Assembly: GCA_903830625.1 (NCBI GenBank)
Contig: CAIKUK010000024.1
Location: 1-60,933, forward strand
Length of the DNA: 60,933 nt
Direction: 5' to 3'
Source of the DNA: Candidatus Yanofskybacteria bacterium
Lineage (GTDB): Bacteria > Patescibacteriota > Minisyncoccia > 2-02-FULL-40-12 > GWA2-44-9
Positions within the stretch are counted from its first letter, which is position 1; each line of letters opens with the position of its first letter. The notes beneath the pieces are model-generated. The model searched no databases. It saw only the letters and a program-made list of their open reading frames with translations, and was not told where the DNA came from. Below, piece by piece: positions 1-9,048 of the stretch. Both the position numbers and the translations under genes were made by a program.

Positions 1-116
1 AGTGCGCGCAAGCGCGCCAAAAATTCTGAATTCGTTGGGGGAATTCGGCGGGAATCCTTGGGACGCGCTTCGCGCGTCCCGCATTTCAGCTTCAAAAAAA
101 CCTTTGAGTTCCTTAT

Positions 117-203
117 TGGTGCCGAGGGTGGGACTTGAACCCACAAGCCCGTGAGGGCACACGATTTTGAGTCGTGCATGGTTGCCAATTTCATCACCCC
201 GGC
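117..203 (-). tRNA. tRNA-Leu(CAA), CCA encoded
   Basis: Reverse complement GCCGGGGTGATGAAATTGGCAACC...CACGA-CTCAAAA-TCGTG...GTGGGTTCAAGTCCCACCCTCGGCACCA; long variable arm; anticodon CAA. Confidence 0.95.
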
Positions 204-289
204 AATACTTTATTTTAGCATTTTTGACGCAGGTTTTCAACTGTTTTAAGGGGTTGTTTATTAGGTTAGAAATGATATGATTTTCTAAT

Positions 290-1054
290 ATGGCTCGAGT
301 CATCGCAATTTGCAACGCCAAAGGTGGGGTTGGCAAAACTACCACAGCAATAAATTTGAGTGGCTATTTGGCGGCCATGGGTAAATACGTTCTTTTGGTT
401 GATATGGATTCTCAAGCCAATGCGACAGCGGGCATAGGCACCACTATGAGTGAACAAGACGGGAGTATTTATCATGCCCTTGTGAACGATTACAATCCTC
501 ACCATCTCATCAAAAAAACGTCTCTATTTGGTTTTGATATTTTGCCTGCGGCCCAAGAACTTGCGGGTGCGACTGTGGAACTTGTGACCATGGAAGAGCG
601 GGAGTTTCGTTTAAAGAAAGCCCTTAATTCAATAAGGACAAATTACGACTATATTCTTATTGACTGTCCGCCATCTCTTGGTTTACTCACTGTTAATGCC
701 CTTGCCGCAAGTGAAAGGATAATTATACCTGTGCAATGTGAGTATTATGCTTTGGAAGGGCTTACTCAACTATTAAAAACCATTGAATTGGTCCGCCAAG
801 GATTGAACCCGGATTTGCAGGTCTTGGGCGTATTGCTTACAATGTATGATAGACGGAATCAATTGGCGAATCAGGTCGTGAACGAAGTTTACAGAAATTT
901 TCCGGGACGCGTTTTCGATGCTGTGATTCCACGAATGGTTTCATTGGCCGAGGCGCCAAGTTTTGGCAAGACCATCCTGCAATTTGATCCTAATTCCAAA
1001 GCCGCCCGCGCTTATCGCCAGCTGGCAGAAGAAGTGATAAAATACTCGAACTAA
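290..1054 (+). CDS. parA: ParA/Soj chromosome partitioning ATPase
   Basis: Deviant Walker A KGGVGKTTT, DMDSQAN, YILIDCPPSLG, PVQCEYYALEG; directly upstream of parB. Confidence 0.96.
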   Translation: MARVIAICNAKGGVGKTTTAINLSGYLAAMGKYVLLVDMDSQANATAGIGTTMSEQDGSIYHALVNDYNPHHLIKKTSLFGFDILPAAQELAGATVELVTMEEREFRLKKALNSIRTNYDYILIDCPPSLGLLTVNALAASERIIIPVQCEYYALEGLTQLLKTIELVRQGLNPDLQVLGVLLTMYDRRNQLANQVVNEVYRNFPGRVFDAVIPRMVSLAEAPSFGKTILQFDPNSKAARAYRQLAEEVIKYSN

Positions 1055-1073
1055 ATTCTAAATATGAACATGA

Positions 1074-1180
1074 ATCCCGTTAGACATTGTAGCTGGCGGA
1101 ATATGACGATTAATCAAGATATGTGCAGAATAAAAACTATTTTAAAAATTATAAATATACAATCCAATGTCTAACGGGAT
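1074..1180. mobile_element. MITE-like element, CCCGTTAGA family (copy a)
   Basis: Perfect 16-bp inverted repeat ATCCCGTTAGACATTG (1074-1089) / CAATGTCTAACGGGAT (1165-1180) around an AT-rich core; right end fused to the parB ATG. Confidence 0.7.
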
Positions 1181-2063
1181 GAACAAAAAATTCTTCGGAC
1201 TAGGCAAGGGACTGGGTTCTTTAATTCCCGAAGGCGCTAAGGCCTTGCATCCAACGACTCAAAAAGAGAATGTTTTTTATGTGGAAATTGCCAAAATTGA
1301 AGCTAATCCCAATCAGCCTCGCCATGATTTTGATGAAGAAGCGCTCAAAGAATTATCCGGCTCTATCCGCAAATATGGCGTCCTCCAGCCGTTATTGGTT
1401 TCCAAAATGGAAACCTTGTCGCCGAAGGGGATAGACGTTTCTTATAGTTTAATCGCCGGCGAACGCCGTCTGCGCGCCGCCAAGATGGCCGGCTTGCCTC
1501 ATGTGCCGGTTATCATCCGTGATGATTTTAAAGAGGATAAGGAGCGTTTGGAAGTGGCGTTAATCGAAAATGTCCAGCGTGAAGATTTAAATCCATTGGA
1601 AGAAGCCGAAGCTTACCAGAAGCTTTCAAAAGATTTCAGCCTGACCCAAAAAGAGATCGCCGATAAAGTCGGCAAGTCCCGTGAAGTCGTGGCCAACACC
1701 ATCCGGTTGCTTAATTTGCCTCAAGACATTCAGAACTCTCTCCGAGCCGGCAAGATCGCTCGCGCCAGCGCCCGCGCGCTTCTGGCTTTCAGTGATCCGG
1801 CCAAACAGCGCCAAGTTTATGAAAGTATTTTGGCTGGCGGAGTTTCTTCCCGCGATGTGGAAACGGCGGCCGCGGTCAACAAACCCAGCGTCAAAAAGCC
1901 CCGCGTTACCGACCGAAAATTTATTGAACTTGAAAAAAATCTGGCCGATACACTCGGTACTCACGTCCAAATCCACGGTGCCGCTTCTTCTGGCGGAAAA
2001 ATCGTCATCAAATTCGCCTCGTTAGAAGACCTCAACAAGATTGCGAAGAACATCATCGACTAA
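1179..2063 (+). CDS. parB: ParB/Spo0J partition protein (start ATG 1179; ORF-track start 1167 lies inside the repeat)
   Basis: GLGKGLGSLI N-terminal motif, NPNQPRHDF, GVLQPLLV, LIAGERRLRAA, ALIENVQREDLNPLEEA, HTH. Confidence 0.95.
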   Translation: MNKKFFGLGKGLGSLIPEGAKALHPTTQKENVFYVEIAKIEANPNQPRHDFDEEALKELSGSIRKYGVLQPLLVSKMETLSPKGIDVSYSLIAGERRLRAAKMAGLPHVPVIIRDDFKEDKERLEVALIENVQREDLNPLEEAEAYQKLSKDFSLTQKEIADKVGKSREVVANTIRLLNLPQDIQNSLRAGKIARASARALLAFSDPAKQRQVYESILAGGVSSRDVETAAAVNKPSVKKPRVTDRKFIELEKNLADTLGTHVQIHGAASSGGKIVIKFASLEDLNKIAKNIID

Positions 2064-2094
2064 TAGTCGCTCCGTCTTGCGCCCCTCTCGGACC

Positions 2095-2127
2095 GATAAA
2101 AACCTGCCCCAGTGGCAGGTTTTTATC
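2095..2127. terminator. Bidirectional intrinsic terminator
   Basis: 14-bp perfect stem GATAAAAACCTGCC/GGCAGGTTTTTATC between convergent genes. Confidence 0.8.
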
Positions 2128-2144
2128 TAGATGCTCGCCTTAGG

Positions 2145-2345
2145 TCAGGGTTTCAGGGGCTGTCGCCATGCGGTCCAAATAACAATAAGTGAGGCGATAA
2201 GGCCGATGCCAGTCCTTCCAAGTCGCGCTGCGGACGCTCCCTGTGCTAGCTCGGTCAGAATTCCAATTGCAAAAAGGATGGACATCAACGCGAATACTAC
2301 ACGAACGGTCCACAGAGAGATATTGCGAAATGATGTGACTTGCAT
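2145..2345 (-). CDS. Small two-TM membrane protein, unknown function
   Basis: 66 aa with two hydrophobic stretches; minus-strand promoter TTGTCA-N17-TATAAT upstream (about 2397-2369). Confidence 0.6.
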   Translation of the reverse strand: MQVTSFRNISLWTVRVVFALMSILFAIGILTELAQGASAARLGRTGIGLIASLIVIWTAWRQPLKP

Positions 2346-2400
2346 ATGGAAGTGAATGTTACACTCACATTATAAACGCCTAAGTCAAAGCTGACAACAT

Positions 2401-2676
2401 TTATAGCTGAGCAGTCTTCTTCGTGTTCTTGCACTGCGGGAAACCTGAGCAGGCGAGGAAGGGGCCAAACTGGCCATTGCGTTTCAGGAGTGGTTTGCCG
2501 CACTTATCGCATAATTGGTCTGTTATTTCGGCGGGTTGTTGGGCTTTCTTTTCAATATATTTACAGTTCGGATAATTCGAACAGGCCGTGAAGTTTCCGT
2601 AACGGCCCGATTTAACGACTAGATTGCCGGAGTTACACTCGGGGCAAGTTTTGCCTACGTTAGATTGCTGGTTCAT
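2401..2676 (-). CDS. Stand-alone topoisomerase-type C4 zinc-ribbon protein (2 repeats)
   Basis: CPEC...GRYGNFTACSNYPNC and CDKC...GQFGPFLACSGFPQC; overlaps the topA stop by 17 nt. Confidence 0.85.
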   Translation of the reverse strand: MNQQSNVGKTCPECNSGNLVVKSGRYGNFTACSNYPNCKYIEKKAQQPAEITDQLCDKCGKPLLKRNGQFGPFLACSGFPQCKNTKKTAQL

Positions 2677-4987
2677 TTAATTTTGGTTCCTCGCTAGTAG
2701 AATTTTCAATTGCCTTCGGCTCGGCAGAATTTGAAAATTCACTACCCGACTTACGCTTTCCGTATTTCTTCGCAGGTTTAACTGGTTTTTCTTTCCAAGT
2801 TTTCAGGGCCTCTTGAAGTTCGGCCTCGCTTTCGGGCTTCTTGCTCATCAAGAAGGTGCAGTCGGGCCAGCGGGAACAGGCGTAGAATAATTTGCCTCGG
2901 CCGCGTGATTTCTTTTCCACCACATCACCGACGACCCATCCTTCGTCAAGACTTCGGAGGGCAAGGCAATTCGGACATTTAAATCCGGTTTTGTTGAAGA
3001 TCTTGGAGATGCCTTTACAAGTTGGATAATCCACACAGCCAAGGAAGTAACCGAAGCGTCCGCGCTTCACTTCCATGGGTTTTGAACAGATGGGGCAAAG
3101 TTCGCCTTTGGTTTGTTCCTGAAGCTGTTTGATTTTGGCCGCTTCTTCGGGCAGGGGGAGCGAGACTTTGCTGCCTGGTTCTGGGCAGGCCAGGAATTTG
3201 CCCATCCGCCCGAATTTAACCAGCATCATTTTACCGCAGTGCGGGCAGGGGGTGGTGGATTCCACAATTAATTTATCAACGCTTTCCGTTTTTTCTTTGA
3301 GATTTTTGCTGAATGGTGTGTAGAATTCTTCCACCACCGGGACCCATTTGATTTTGCCTTCGGCGATTTCGTCGAATTCTTCTTCAATGTGAGAAGTGAA
3401 ATTGATATCAATGACTTCGGGAAAATTCTCCACGAGCATGTCATTGACCGAGAAACCGATTTCGGTGGGTTTATATTTCTTGTCTTCTTTTTCTACGTAG
3501 CCTCGGTCCTGAATGGTGGTCAAAGTGGGCGCGTAAGTGGATGGCCGGCCGACACCGGCGGCTTCCAAAGTCTTGATAAGCGAAGCATCAGTATATCGCG
3601 GAGGCGGTTCGGTGAAATGCTGGTCTTTGGACAGGTCAATGAGATTCAATAATTCTTTTTCGGATAATTCCGGAAGCTGGCCTTCTTCATAGGAATCTTC
3701 TTCGCTTTTTTCATCTTCTTCTTTAGTTTCGGTGTAAGCGCGGATGAAACCATCAAATTTAATGGCTTGGCCGTTGGCGCGGAATGTGTATTTTGGACCG
3801 GCGGATATGTCAGCGGCGGTTTGATCAAGAACGGCGACCTGCATTTGGCAAGCAATGGTCCGTTTCCAGATTAAATCGTAAAGCCGTAGCTGGCCGGAAT
3901 CCAAATCCTTATCGAGACTCTCGGGCAGACGGGATAGATCGGTCGGTCGGACGGCTTCATGGGCTTCCTGAGCGCCTTTGGATTTATTAATAAATGAACG
4001 GGGTGCATCAAGGCAATACTTGGCGCCGAATTCTTTTTTGATGACTTCTTGAGCTTGGGCCAAAGCGATTTCAGAAATATTCAAACTGTCGGTACGCATG
4101 TAGGTAATCATGCCGGTCTCGTATAATCGCTGGGCCAAGGTCATGGTCTGTTTGGCGGAGAAGCCGAGTTTCTTGGCCGCTTCCTGTTGGAGAGTGGAAG
4201 TGGTGAACGGTGCCGGCGGGGTGCGGCGGACTTCTTTTTTGACGACTTCAATGACTTTATATTCGGCGCCGGCCAAAGCGTCGGTTATTTTTTGGGCTTC
4301 GGCCGAGTTTTTGACGCCCAAGCGGTCAATTGATTCTTCGCCGACTTTAACCAGCCGGGCTTTAAAAGTTTTATCTTCGTCTTTTTTGGAGAGTGAAGCT
4401 TCGACGGACCAGTATTCTTGAGGCCTGAATTTTTGGATTTCTCGTTCGCGTTCCACCACTAAACGCACAGCCACGCTTTGAACGCGCCCGGCGGAAAGGC
4501 CGGAACGGATTTTCTTCCAAAGAAACGGCGATAATTTGTAACCGACGAGACGGTCGATAATCCGCCGAGCCTGCTGGGCATCAACCAGATTCTGGTCAAT
4601 CTCCCGCGGATGGGCGATAGCTTTTTCAATAGCCTGTTTGGTGATTTCATGAAAGACCACACGGTCTGTTTTCTTGGTGTTTGATTTTTTATCCAGACCA
4701 AGGGCGTGGGCTAAATGCCAAGCAATGGCTTCGCCTTCGCGGTCAGGGTCGGTGGCTAGGATTACCGTATCGGCTTTGGCGGTGTCGCTTTTGAGTTCGC
4801 TGACAATCTTCTTAGCTTTGGCGGGGATGATATATTCAGGTTTGAAATCGTGAGCAATATCAATACCAATGCCTTTTTTAGGCAGATCACGGATATGGCC
4901 GAAAGATGATTTAACAATAAAATCGCCGCCGAGGAAGCGGGAGATAGTTTTAGCTTTGGTTGGACTCTCAACGATTATTAATTGCAT
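2660..4987 (-). CDS. topA: DNA topoisomerase I (type IA); true start ATG 4987
   Basis: LIIVESPTKAKTI, ATDPDREGEAIAW, SAGRVQS, LITYMRTDS-like catalytic motif, AQEAHEAVRPT, GRPSTYA, C-terminal Zn ribbons. Confidence 0.97.
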   Translation of the reverse strand: MQLIIVESPTKAKTISRFLGGDFIVKSSFGHIRDLPKKGIGIDIAHDFKPEYIIPAKAKKIVSELKSDTAKADTVILATDPDREGEAIAWHLAHALGLDKKSNTKKTDRVVFHEITKQAIEKAIAHPREIDQNLVDAQQARRIIDRLVGYKLSPFLWKKIRSGLSAGRVQSVAVRLVVEREREIQKFRPQEYWSVEASLSKKDEDKTFKARLVKVGEESIDRLGVKNSAEAQKITDALAGAEYKVIEVVKKEVRRTPPAPFTTSTLQQEAAKKLGFSAKQTMTLAQRLYETGMITYMRTDSLNISEIALAQAQEVIKKEFGAKYCLDAPRSFINKSKGAQEAHEAVRPTDLSRLPESLDKDLDSGQLRLYDLIWKRTIACQMQVAVLDQTAADISAGPKYTFRANGQAIKFDGFIRAYTETKEEDEKSEEDSYEEGQLPELSEKELLNLIDLSKDQHFTEPPPRYTDASLIKTLEAAGVGRPSTYAPTLTTIQDRGYVEKEDKKYKPTEIGFSVNDMLVENFPEVIDINFTSHIEEEFDEIAEGKIKWVPVVEEFYTPFSKNLKEKTESVDKLIVESTTPCPHCGKMMLVKFGRMGKFLACPEPGSKVSLPLPEEAAKIKQLQEQTKGELCPICSKPMEVKRGRFGYFLGCVDYPTCKGISKIFNKTGFKCPNCLALRSLDEGWVVGDVVEKKSRGRGKLFYACSRWPDCTFLMSKKPESEAELQEALKTWKEKPVKPAKKYGKRKSGSEFSNSAEPKAIENSTSEEPKLNEPAI
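2935..2962 (-). repeat. REP-like palindrome inserted in frame in topA
   Basis: GCCCTCCGAAGTCTTGACGAAGGATGGG resembles intergenic CCCTCCGAAGCCTTGGCGAAGGAGGG at 40074-40099, with a compensatory change in the inner stem. Confidence 0.6.
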
Positions 4988-4997
4988 GTACGATAAT

Positions 4998-5864
4998 TTA
5001 TTCAGTTTTGCGGAATATTCCGCTGGCCATTTGGGTAACCAATCCTTGGATTTCCATGAGGGCCAGGGCACCCATTATTTTTGATGCGCCGAGCTTTGAA
5101 TGTTCAATAATACTGTCGATGTTCAACGGACCGTGCGTTTCCAGTATAGCAAGGATTACGGAATGGACAGGATCGGCTGTGGACAGACCGGGAGATTTTA
5201 TGAAGGGAAGCTTTGAATAATCATCCAGGACGTCGTGCGCGGAGGCGACTAGTTTTGCGCCGGTCCGAATAAGTTTATGCGGGCCCATCGATTTTGATGA
5301 AAAAATATTTCCTGGCACTGCAAAGACATCGCGATTCTGTTCGCCGGCGAGCCGAGCGGTAATAAGCGACCCGCTTTTTTCGTCCGCTTCGATAATCAAA
5401 ACCCCTTTCGACAAACCGCTGATGATGCGATTGCGTTCCGGGAACGAATCTTTGTAAGCCGGCTTCTTGCCGGGATGTTCCGAAATGATAAGGCCGTTAT
5501 TCTTTAAGATATCTTGTCCGAGCCGGAGATTTGTTTCGGGCGTTATCAAGCTGATACCGGAACCAAGAACAGCAATGGTCTTGCCGCTACAATCAAGCGT
5601 GGCGCGGTGGGCGGCGGCATCGATACCCAAGGCCAGACCGCTCACAATCGTAAAGTGGCGAGCCAGGCCGGGGACAATTTGCCGGGCGGCTTCTTGGCCA
5701 TAGGGTGTCATAGCCCGGGTACCCACAACGGCGAAGCATTCCGTATTTAACAGCGCGATATTGCCCCGGCAATATAAAACTTCGGGCGGATCCGAAATGT
5801 GTTTTAGAATCTTCGGATAGGTCCTATCTTTTCGCCCAATCTTAACAATGGGATAATCCATCAA
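4998..5864 (-). CDS. dprA: DNA-processing protein DprA/Smf
   Basis: AVVGTR, IVSGLALGIDAAAH, FPERNRIISGLS, EADEKSGSLITA, VFAVPG, C-terminal winged helix; typical topA neighbour. Confidence 0.95.
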   Translation of the reverse strand: MMDYPIVKIGRKDRTYPKILKHISDPPEVLYCRGNIALLNTECFAVVGTRAMTPYGQEAARQIVPGLARHFTIVSGLALGIDAAAHRATLDCSGKTIAVLGSGISLITPETNLRLGQDILKNNGLIISEHPGKKPAYKDSFPERNRIISGLSKGVLIIEADEKSGSLITARLAGEQNRDVFAVPGNIFSSKSMGPHKLIRTGAKLVASAHDVLDDYSKLPFIKSPGLSTADPVHSVILAILETHGPLNIDSIIEHSKLGASKIMGALALMEIQGLVTQMASGIFRKTE

Positions 5865-5930
5865 TAGTCTATATTACTCCCGGAAACTGGAAAAAAGCAA
5901 ATTAGTGTGTTAGATTGCAATACATATAAC

Positions 5931-6647
5931 ATGTATCTATCCGTTATCATTCCGGCCAAAAACGAAGAGAAGCATATTAAAGAAACCGTGCAGTCGGTTT
6001 TTGATTATTTAACTGCTCACAATATTGAACACGAAATTATAGTTGTTTCCAATAACAGCACCGATAAAACCAGCGAGATTGTGCGTCAATTGACGGCTTC
6101 AGTGCCGACACTGAAACTTATTGATTACAATGTCTCCGGCAAAGGCGGAGCGGTTAAAAAAGGCATGCTTGCCGCCACTGGTCAGTTCCGTTTGTTCACG
6201 GATGCCGATAATTCCACATCTATAGACCATATTGAAAAAATGATGCCGTATTTTGATCAGGGCTACGATGTGGTTATCGGTTCCATTGCCGTCAAAGGAA
6301 AGAAAGTTTCCAAGGAAAGCGAACCGATATGGCGGATCTTGCTGGGCAAGGTGGGTAATATTTTTATTCAAGTAATGGCTGTGCCGGGAATTCATGACAC
6401 TCAAAGAGGGTTTAAGATCGTTACCGCCCAAACAGCCAAAGATGTTTTCCCTCGTATTACCATCATGCACTGGGGCTTTGATGTGGAGATGCTGGCTTTG
6501 GCCAGAAAATACGGCCATAAAATAAAAGAAGTGCCGGTGGATTGGCACAATGATCCCAATTCTCGTGTAGGGTTCAAGACTTATTTGGAAGTATTATTAG
6601 AGACGGTAAAAGTACGCTGGAATCTCATGACTGGCGTTTATAAATAA
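5931..6647 (+). CDS. GT2 glycosyltransferase, dolichyl/polyprenyl-phosphate glycosyltransferase-like
   Basis: LSVIIPAKNEE, GKGGAVKKGML, LFTDAD, DTQRGFK, WGFDVEML, EVPVDW. Confidence 0.88.
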   Translation: MYLSVIIPAKNEEKHIKETVQSVFDYLTAHNIEHEIIVVSNNSTDKTSEIVRQLTASVPTLKLIDYNVSGKGGAVKKGMLAATGQFRLFTDADNSTSIDHIEKMMPYFDQGYDVVIGSIAVKGKKVSKESEPIWRILLGKVGNIFIQVMAVPGIHDTQRGFKIVTAQTAKDVFPRITIMHWGFDVEMLALARKYGHKIKEVPVDWHNDPNSRVGFKTYLEVLLETVKVRWNLMTGVYK

Positions 6648-6649
6648 AA

Positions 6650-7660
6650 GTGCTTAACGAATTAAGACAAGATCCGATTTCGGGCGAGTGGGTTTTATTC
6701 TCCACGGCCCGGGCCAAAAGACCTCATCCTGCCGGAGAGATGCCATTCTTTCAATCGAAAGGAGAATGTTTCTTTGAACCGGAACGGATGGCTCAACAAG
6801 AAGCCCCGACTGCGATATACAGCCATGGCCAGATGGTGAAAGATCTTTCGGCCGATTGGACAACAGTGGTCATCCCAAATAAATTTCCGGCTTTAAAACA
6901 CGGCGTGTGTGGTTCAACACATCATATTGGTCCGTTTACTACGGCCGATGCCAGCGGTTTCCACGAGCTGGTGATTACCCGCGACCATGATAAAAGTTTT
7001 GCTCAGTTCAGCGATGCCGAAACGGCCGAGGTCATTCAGGCTTATCGGGACCGGCATGCAGAAATGACCGAAGACAATTGCGGAGAATTTATTTCCATTA
7101 TTCATAATCATGGCCGGCTCGCTGGGGCATCTATTTATCATAATCACTCCCAAATAATTTCGCTGCCGATGGTGCCGACGACTATTATCCGCAACTTGGA
7201 GACGTCCAAGAAATATTTTGAAGCCACCGGCAAACGGATTCACGATGAACTTATGGCCTGGGAAATAGCTGAGAATAAAAGAATTGTTTATCAAAACGAG
7301 CAGTTTATAGTGGTTTGTCCTTATGTCAGCCAATCACCATATGAAATGAAAATCTTTCCCAAGATGGCCGGTTCAAATTTTGGCAATATTACCGATATGG
7401 AAATTCCGTTTCTGGCCAATGCTTTGAATGTCGCGTTGAAGAAACTTTCAACTGCGCTTAATGATATTGATTACGTTTTCTTTATTAATACCGCTCCACT
7501 AAAAAAAGAAAACCAGCCCGGATACGATTTTTATCAGTGGCACTTGGAAATTAACCCCCGGCTTTCCATTGATGCCGGCCTGGAATTAGAGACAAATGTT
7601 ATTGTGAATACCGTCGATCCCGATGAGGCGGCGATGATATTGCGTGATACGGCGATTTAA
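6650..7660 (+). CDS. galT: Galactose-1-phosphate uridylyltransferase-like (HIT fold)
   Basis: ELRQDPISGEWV...RAKRP, VIPNKFPAL, GFHELVI, HNHGRLAGASIYHNHSQII, WHLEINPR. Confidence 0.82.
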   Translation: MLNELRQDPISGEWVLFSTARAKRPHPAGEMPFFQSKGECFFEPERMAQQEAPTAIYSHGQMVKDLSADWTTVVIPNKFPALKHGVCGSTHHIGPFTTADASGFHELVITRDHDKSFAQFSDAETAEVIQAYRDRHAEMTEDNCGEFISIIHNHGRLAGASIYHNHSQIISLPMVPTTIIRNLETSKKYFEATGKRIHDELMAWEIAENKRIVYQNEQFIVVCPYVSQSPYEMKIFPKMAGSNFGNITDMEIPFLANALNVALKKLSTALNDIDYVFFINTAPLKKENQPGYDFYQWHLEINPRLSIDAGLELETNVIVNTVDPDEAAMILRDTAI

Positions 7661-8265
7661 TGATTACCGATTTTTTATCTTCAAACATAATCCATCTGAT
7701 GACCGTGTTCGGATACACGGGCCTTTTTTTGTTATCGCTTTTAGAAAGCGCGGGTATTCTGATTCCATCGGAAGTGGTTTTGCCGTTTGCGGGATTTTTG
7801 GTTGCCTCGGGGCAATTTGCGCTTTGGCCGGCAGTTTTATTGGCCACATTGGGCAATGTTTTAGGTTCGATGATTTTATTCTGGATAGGCATTTCCGGCG
7901 GCCGGTGGATTTTGGAACGGTACGGGAAATATGTCTTCATTCATCATTCTGAAATTGAAAAAGGCGAGCTGTGGTTTAGTCGCCATGGCGTCAAAGCCGT
8001 TTTTTGGGGCCGGTTGATGCCGATTGTCCGGACATTTATTTCTCTGCCGGCCGGAGTAAGCCGGATGGATTTTAAAAAATTCTCACTCTATACGGCTCTG
8101 GGCGCTTTGCCTTGGAATTTCGCCCTAGTTTATCTTGGGTTTAAAACCGGCCAAAATTGGAATTTATTTCGGCCTTATTTCCATATTTTTGATTACATTA
8201 TTGTTGCCCTCGTGGTCATTTTTATAATTCGTTATTTCTTGAAAAACAGAGACCATAAGCACTAA
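7660..8265 (+). CDS. DedA family membrane protein
   Basis: LESAGILIPSEVVLPFAGF, GRLMPIVRTFISLPAG. Confidence 0.92.
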   Translation: MITDFLSSNIIHLMTVFGYTGLFLLSLLESAGILIPSEVVLPFAGFLVASGQFALWPAVLLATLGNVLGSMILFWIGISGGRWILERYGKYVFIHHSEIEKGELWFSRHGVKAVFWGRLMPIVRTFISLPAGVSRMDFKKFSLYTALGALPWNFALVYLGFKTGQNWNLFRPYFHIFDYIIVALVVIFIIRYFLKNRDHKH

Positions 8266-8297
8266 TTTTCTGATAGAGTATAATTACCAAGAGGCCT

Positions 8298-9047
8298 ATG
8301 AAAAAATATATTGTCGCCAATTGGAAAATGAATCCACAGTCGGTCGCTGAAGCCGAAGATATTTTGGCTTACATTGACGAATATTTAAAAAATGAAACCG
8401 AAAAAAAAGAGCGGTCACTGATTATTTGTCCGCCGTTTGTTTTTTTGGACGACATCAGCAAAATACTGAGCACTTCCCAATTATCCCAGCAAGCCGAATT
8501 GGGCGCTCAAGATATTGCCTTAGCTGATTCCGGCGCTTGGACAGGCGAAGTTTCCGGTCCGATGTTAAAGCGTCTGGGCGTGTCATACGTCATTGTCGGC
8601 CATTCCGAACGACGCTGGAAAATGGGCGAGTCCGATGAATTGGTCAATAAAAAATTAAAAACCGTTTTGGCGAATGACCTCACGCCGATTGTCTGTGTGG
8701 GAGAAAAAGTTCGCGATAATAATTTTAAAGAATTTCTAAAAAACCAACTCTCGGCCACTTTGGCCGGATTATCAGACGATGAGAAAGGGAAATGCATTAT
8801 TGCCTACGAGCCGGTCTGGGCTATCTCATCCAATCCCGATTCTCATCCTGATAAACCCGAAGACACACTGAAAGCCGTGAACATAATCAAAGAAGTTCTT
8901 AGTCCGAACACCCTGGTTTTATATGGCGGTTCGGTGACGTCTAAGAATGCCAAAGATTTTCTTTTGCTTGAACAAATCGCCGGCGTTCTTGTTGGGGGAG
9001 TTAGTGTCCAAAAAGAAGAGTTCGTTCAAATACTCAAAAACTTGTAA
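8298..9047 (+). CDS. tpiA: Triosephosphate isomerase
   Basis: VANWKMN, IVGHSERR, IAYEPVWAI, LYGGSV. Confidence 0.96.
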   Translation: MKKYIVANWKMNPQSVAEAEDILAYIDEYLKNETEKKERSLIICPPFVFLDDISKILSTSQLSQQAELGAQDIALADSGAWTGEVSGPMLKRLGVSYVIVGHSERRWKMGESDELVNKKLKTVLANDLTPIVCVGEKVRDNNFKEFLKNQLSATLAGLSDDEKGKCIIAYEPVWAISSNPDSHPDKPEDTLKAVNIIKEVLSPNTLVLYGGSVTSKNAKDFLLLEQIAGVLVGGVSVQKEEFVQILKNL

Positions 9048-9048
9048 A

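Noticed and set aside
1-138. Open frame reading into the tRNA-Leu 3' end, with GC palindromes; possible tail of an integrase at an att site
   Set aside because: Only 45 codons are visible, with no recombinase motif and no second att copy in the window.
4988-5071. 28-aa N-terminal extension of topA in the ORF track
   Set aside because: It overlaps dprA; the conserved TOPRIM start MQLIIVESP begins at 4987.
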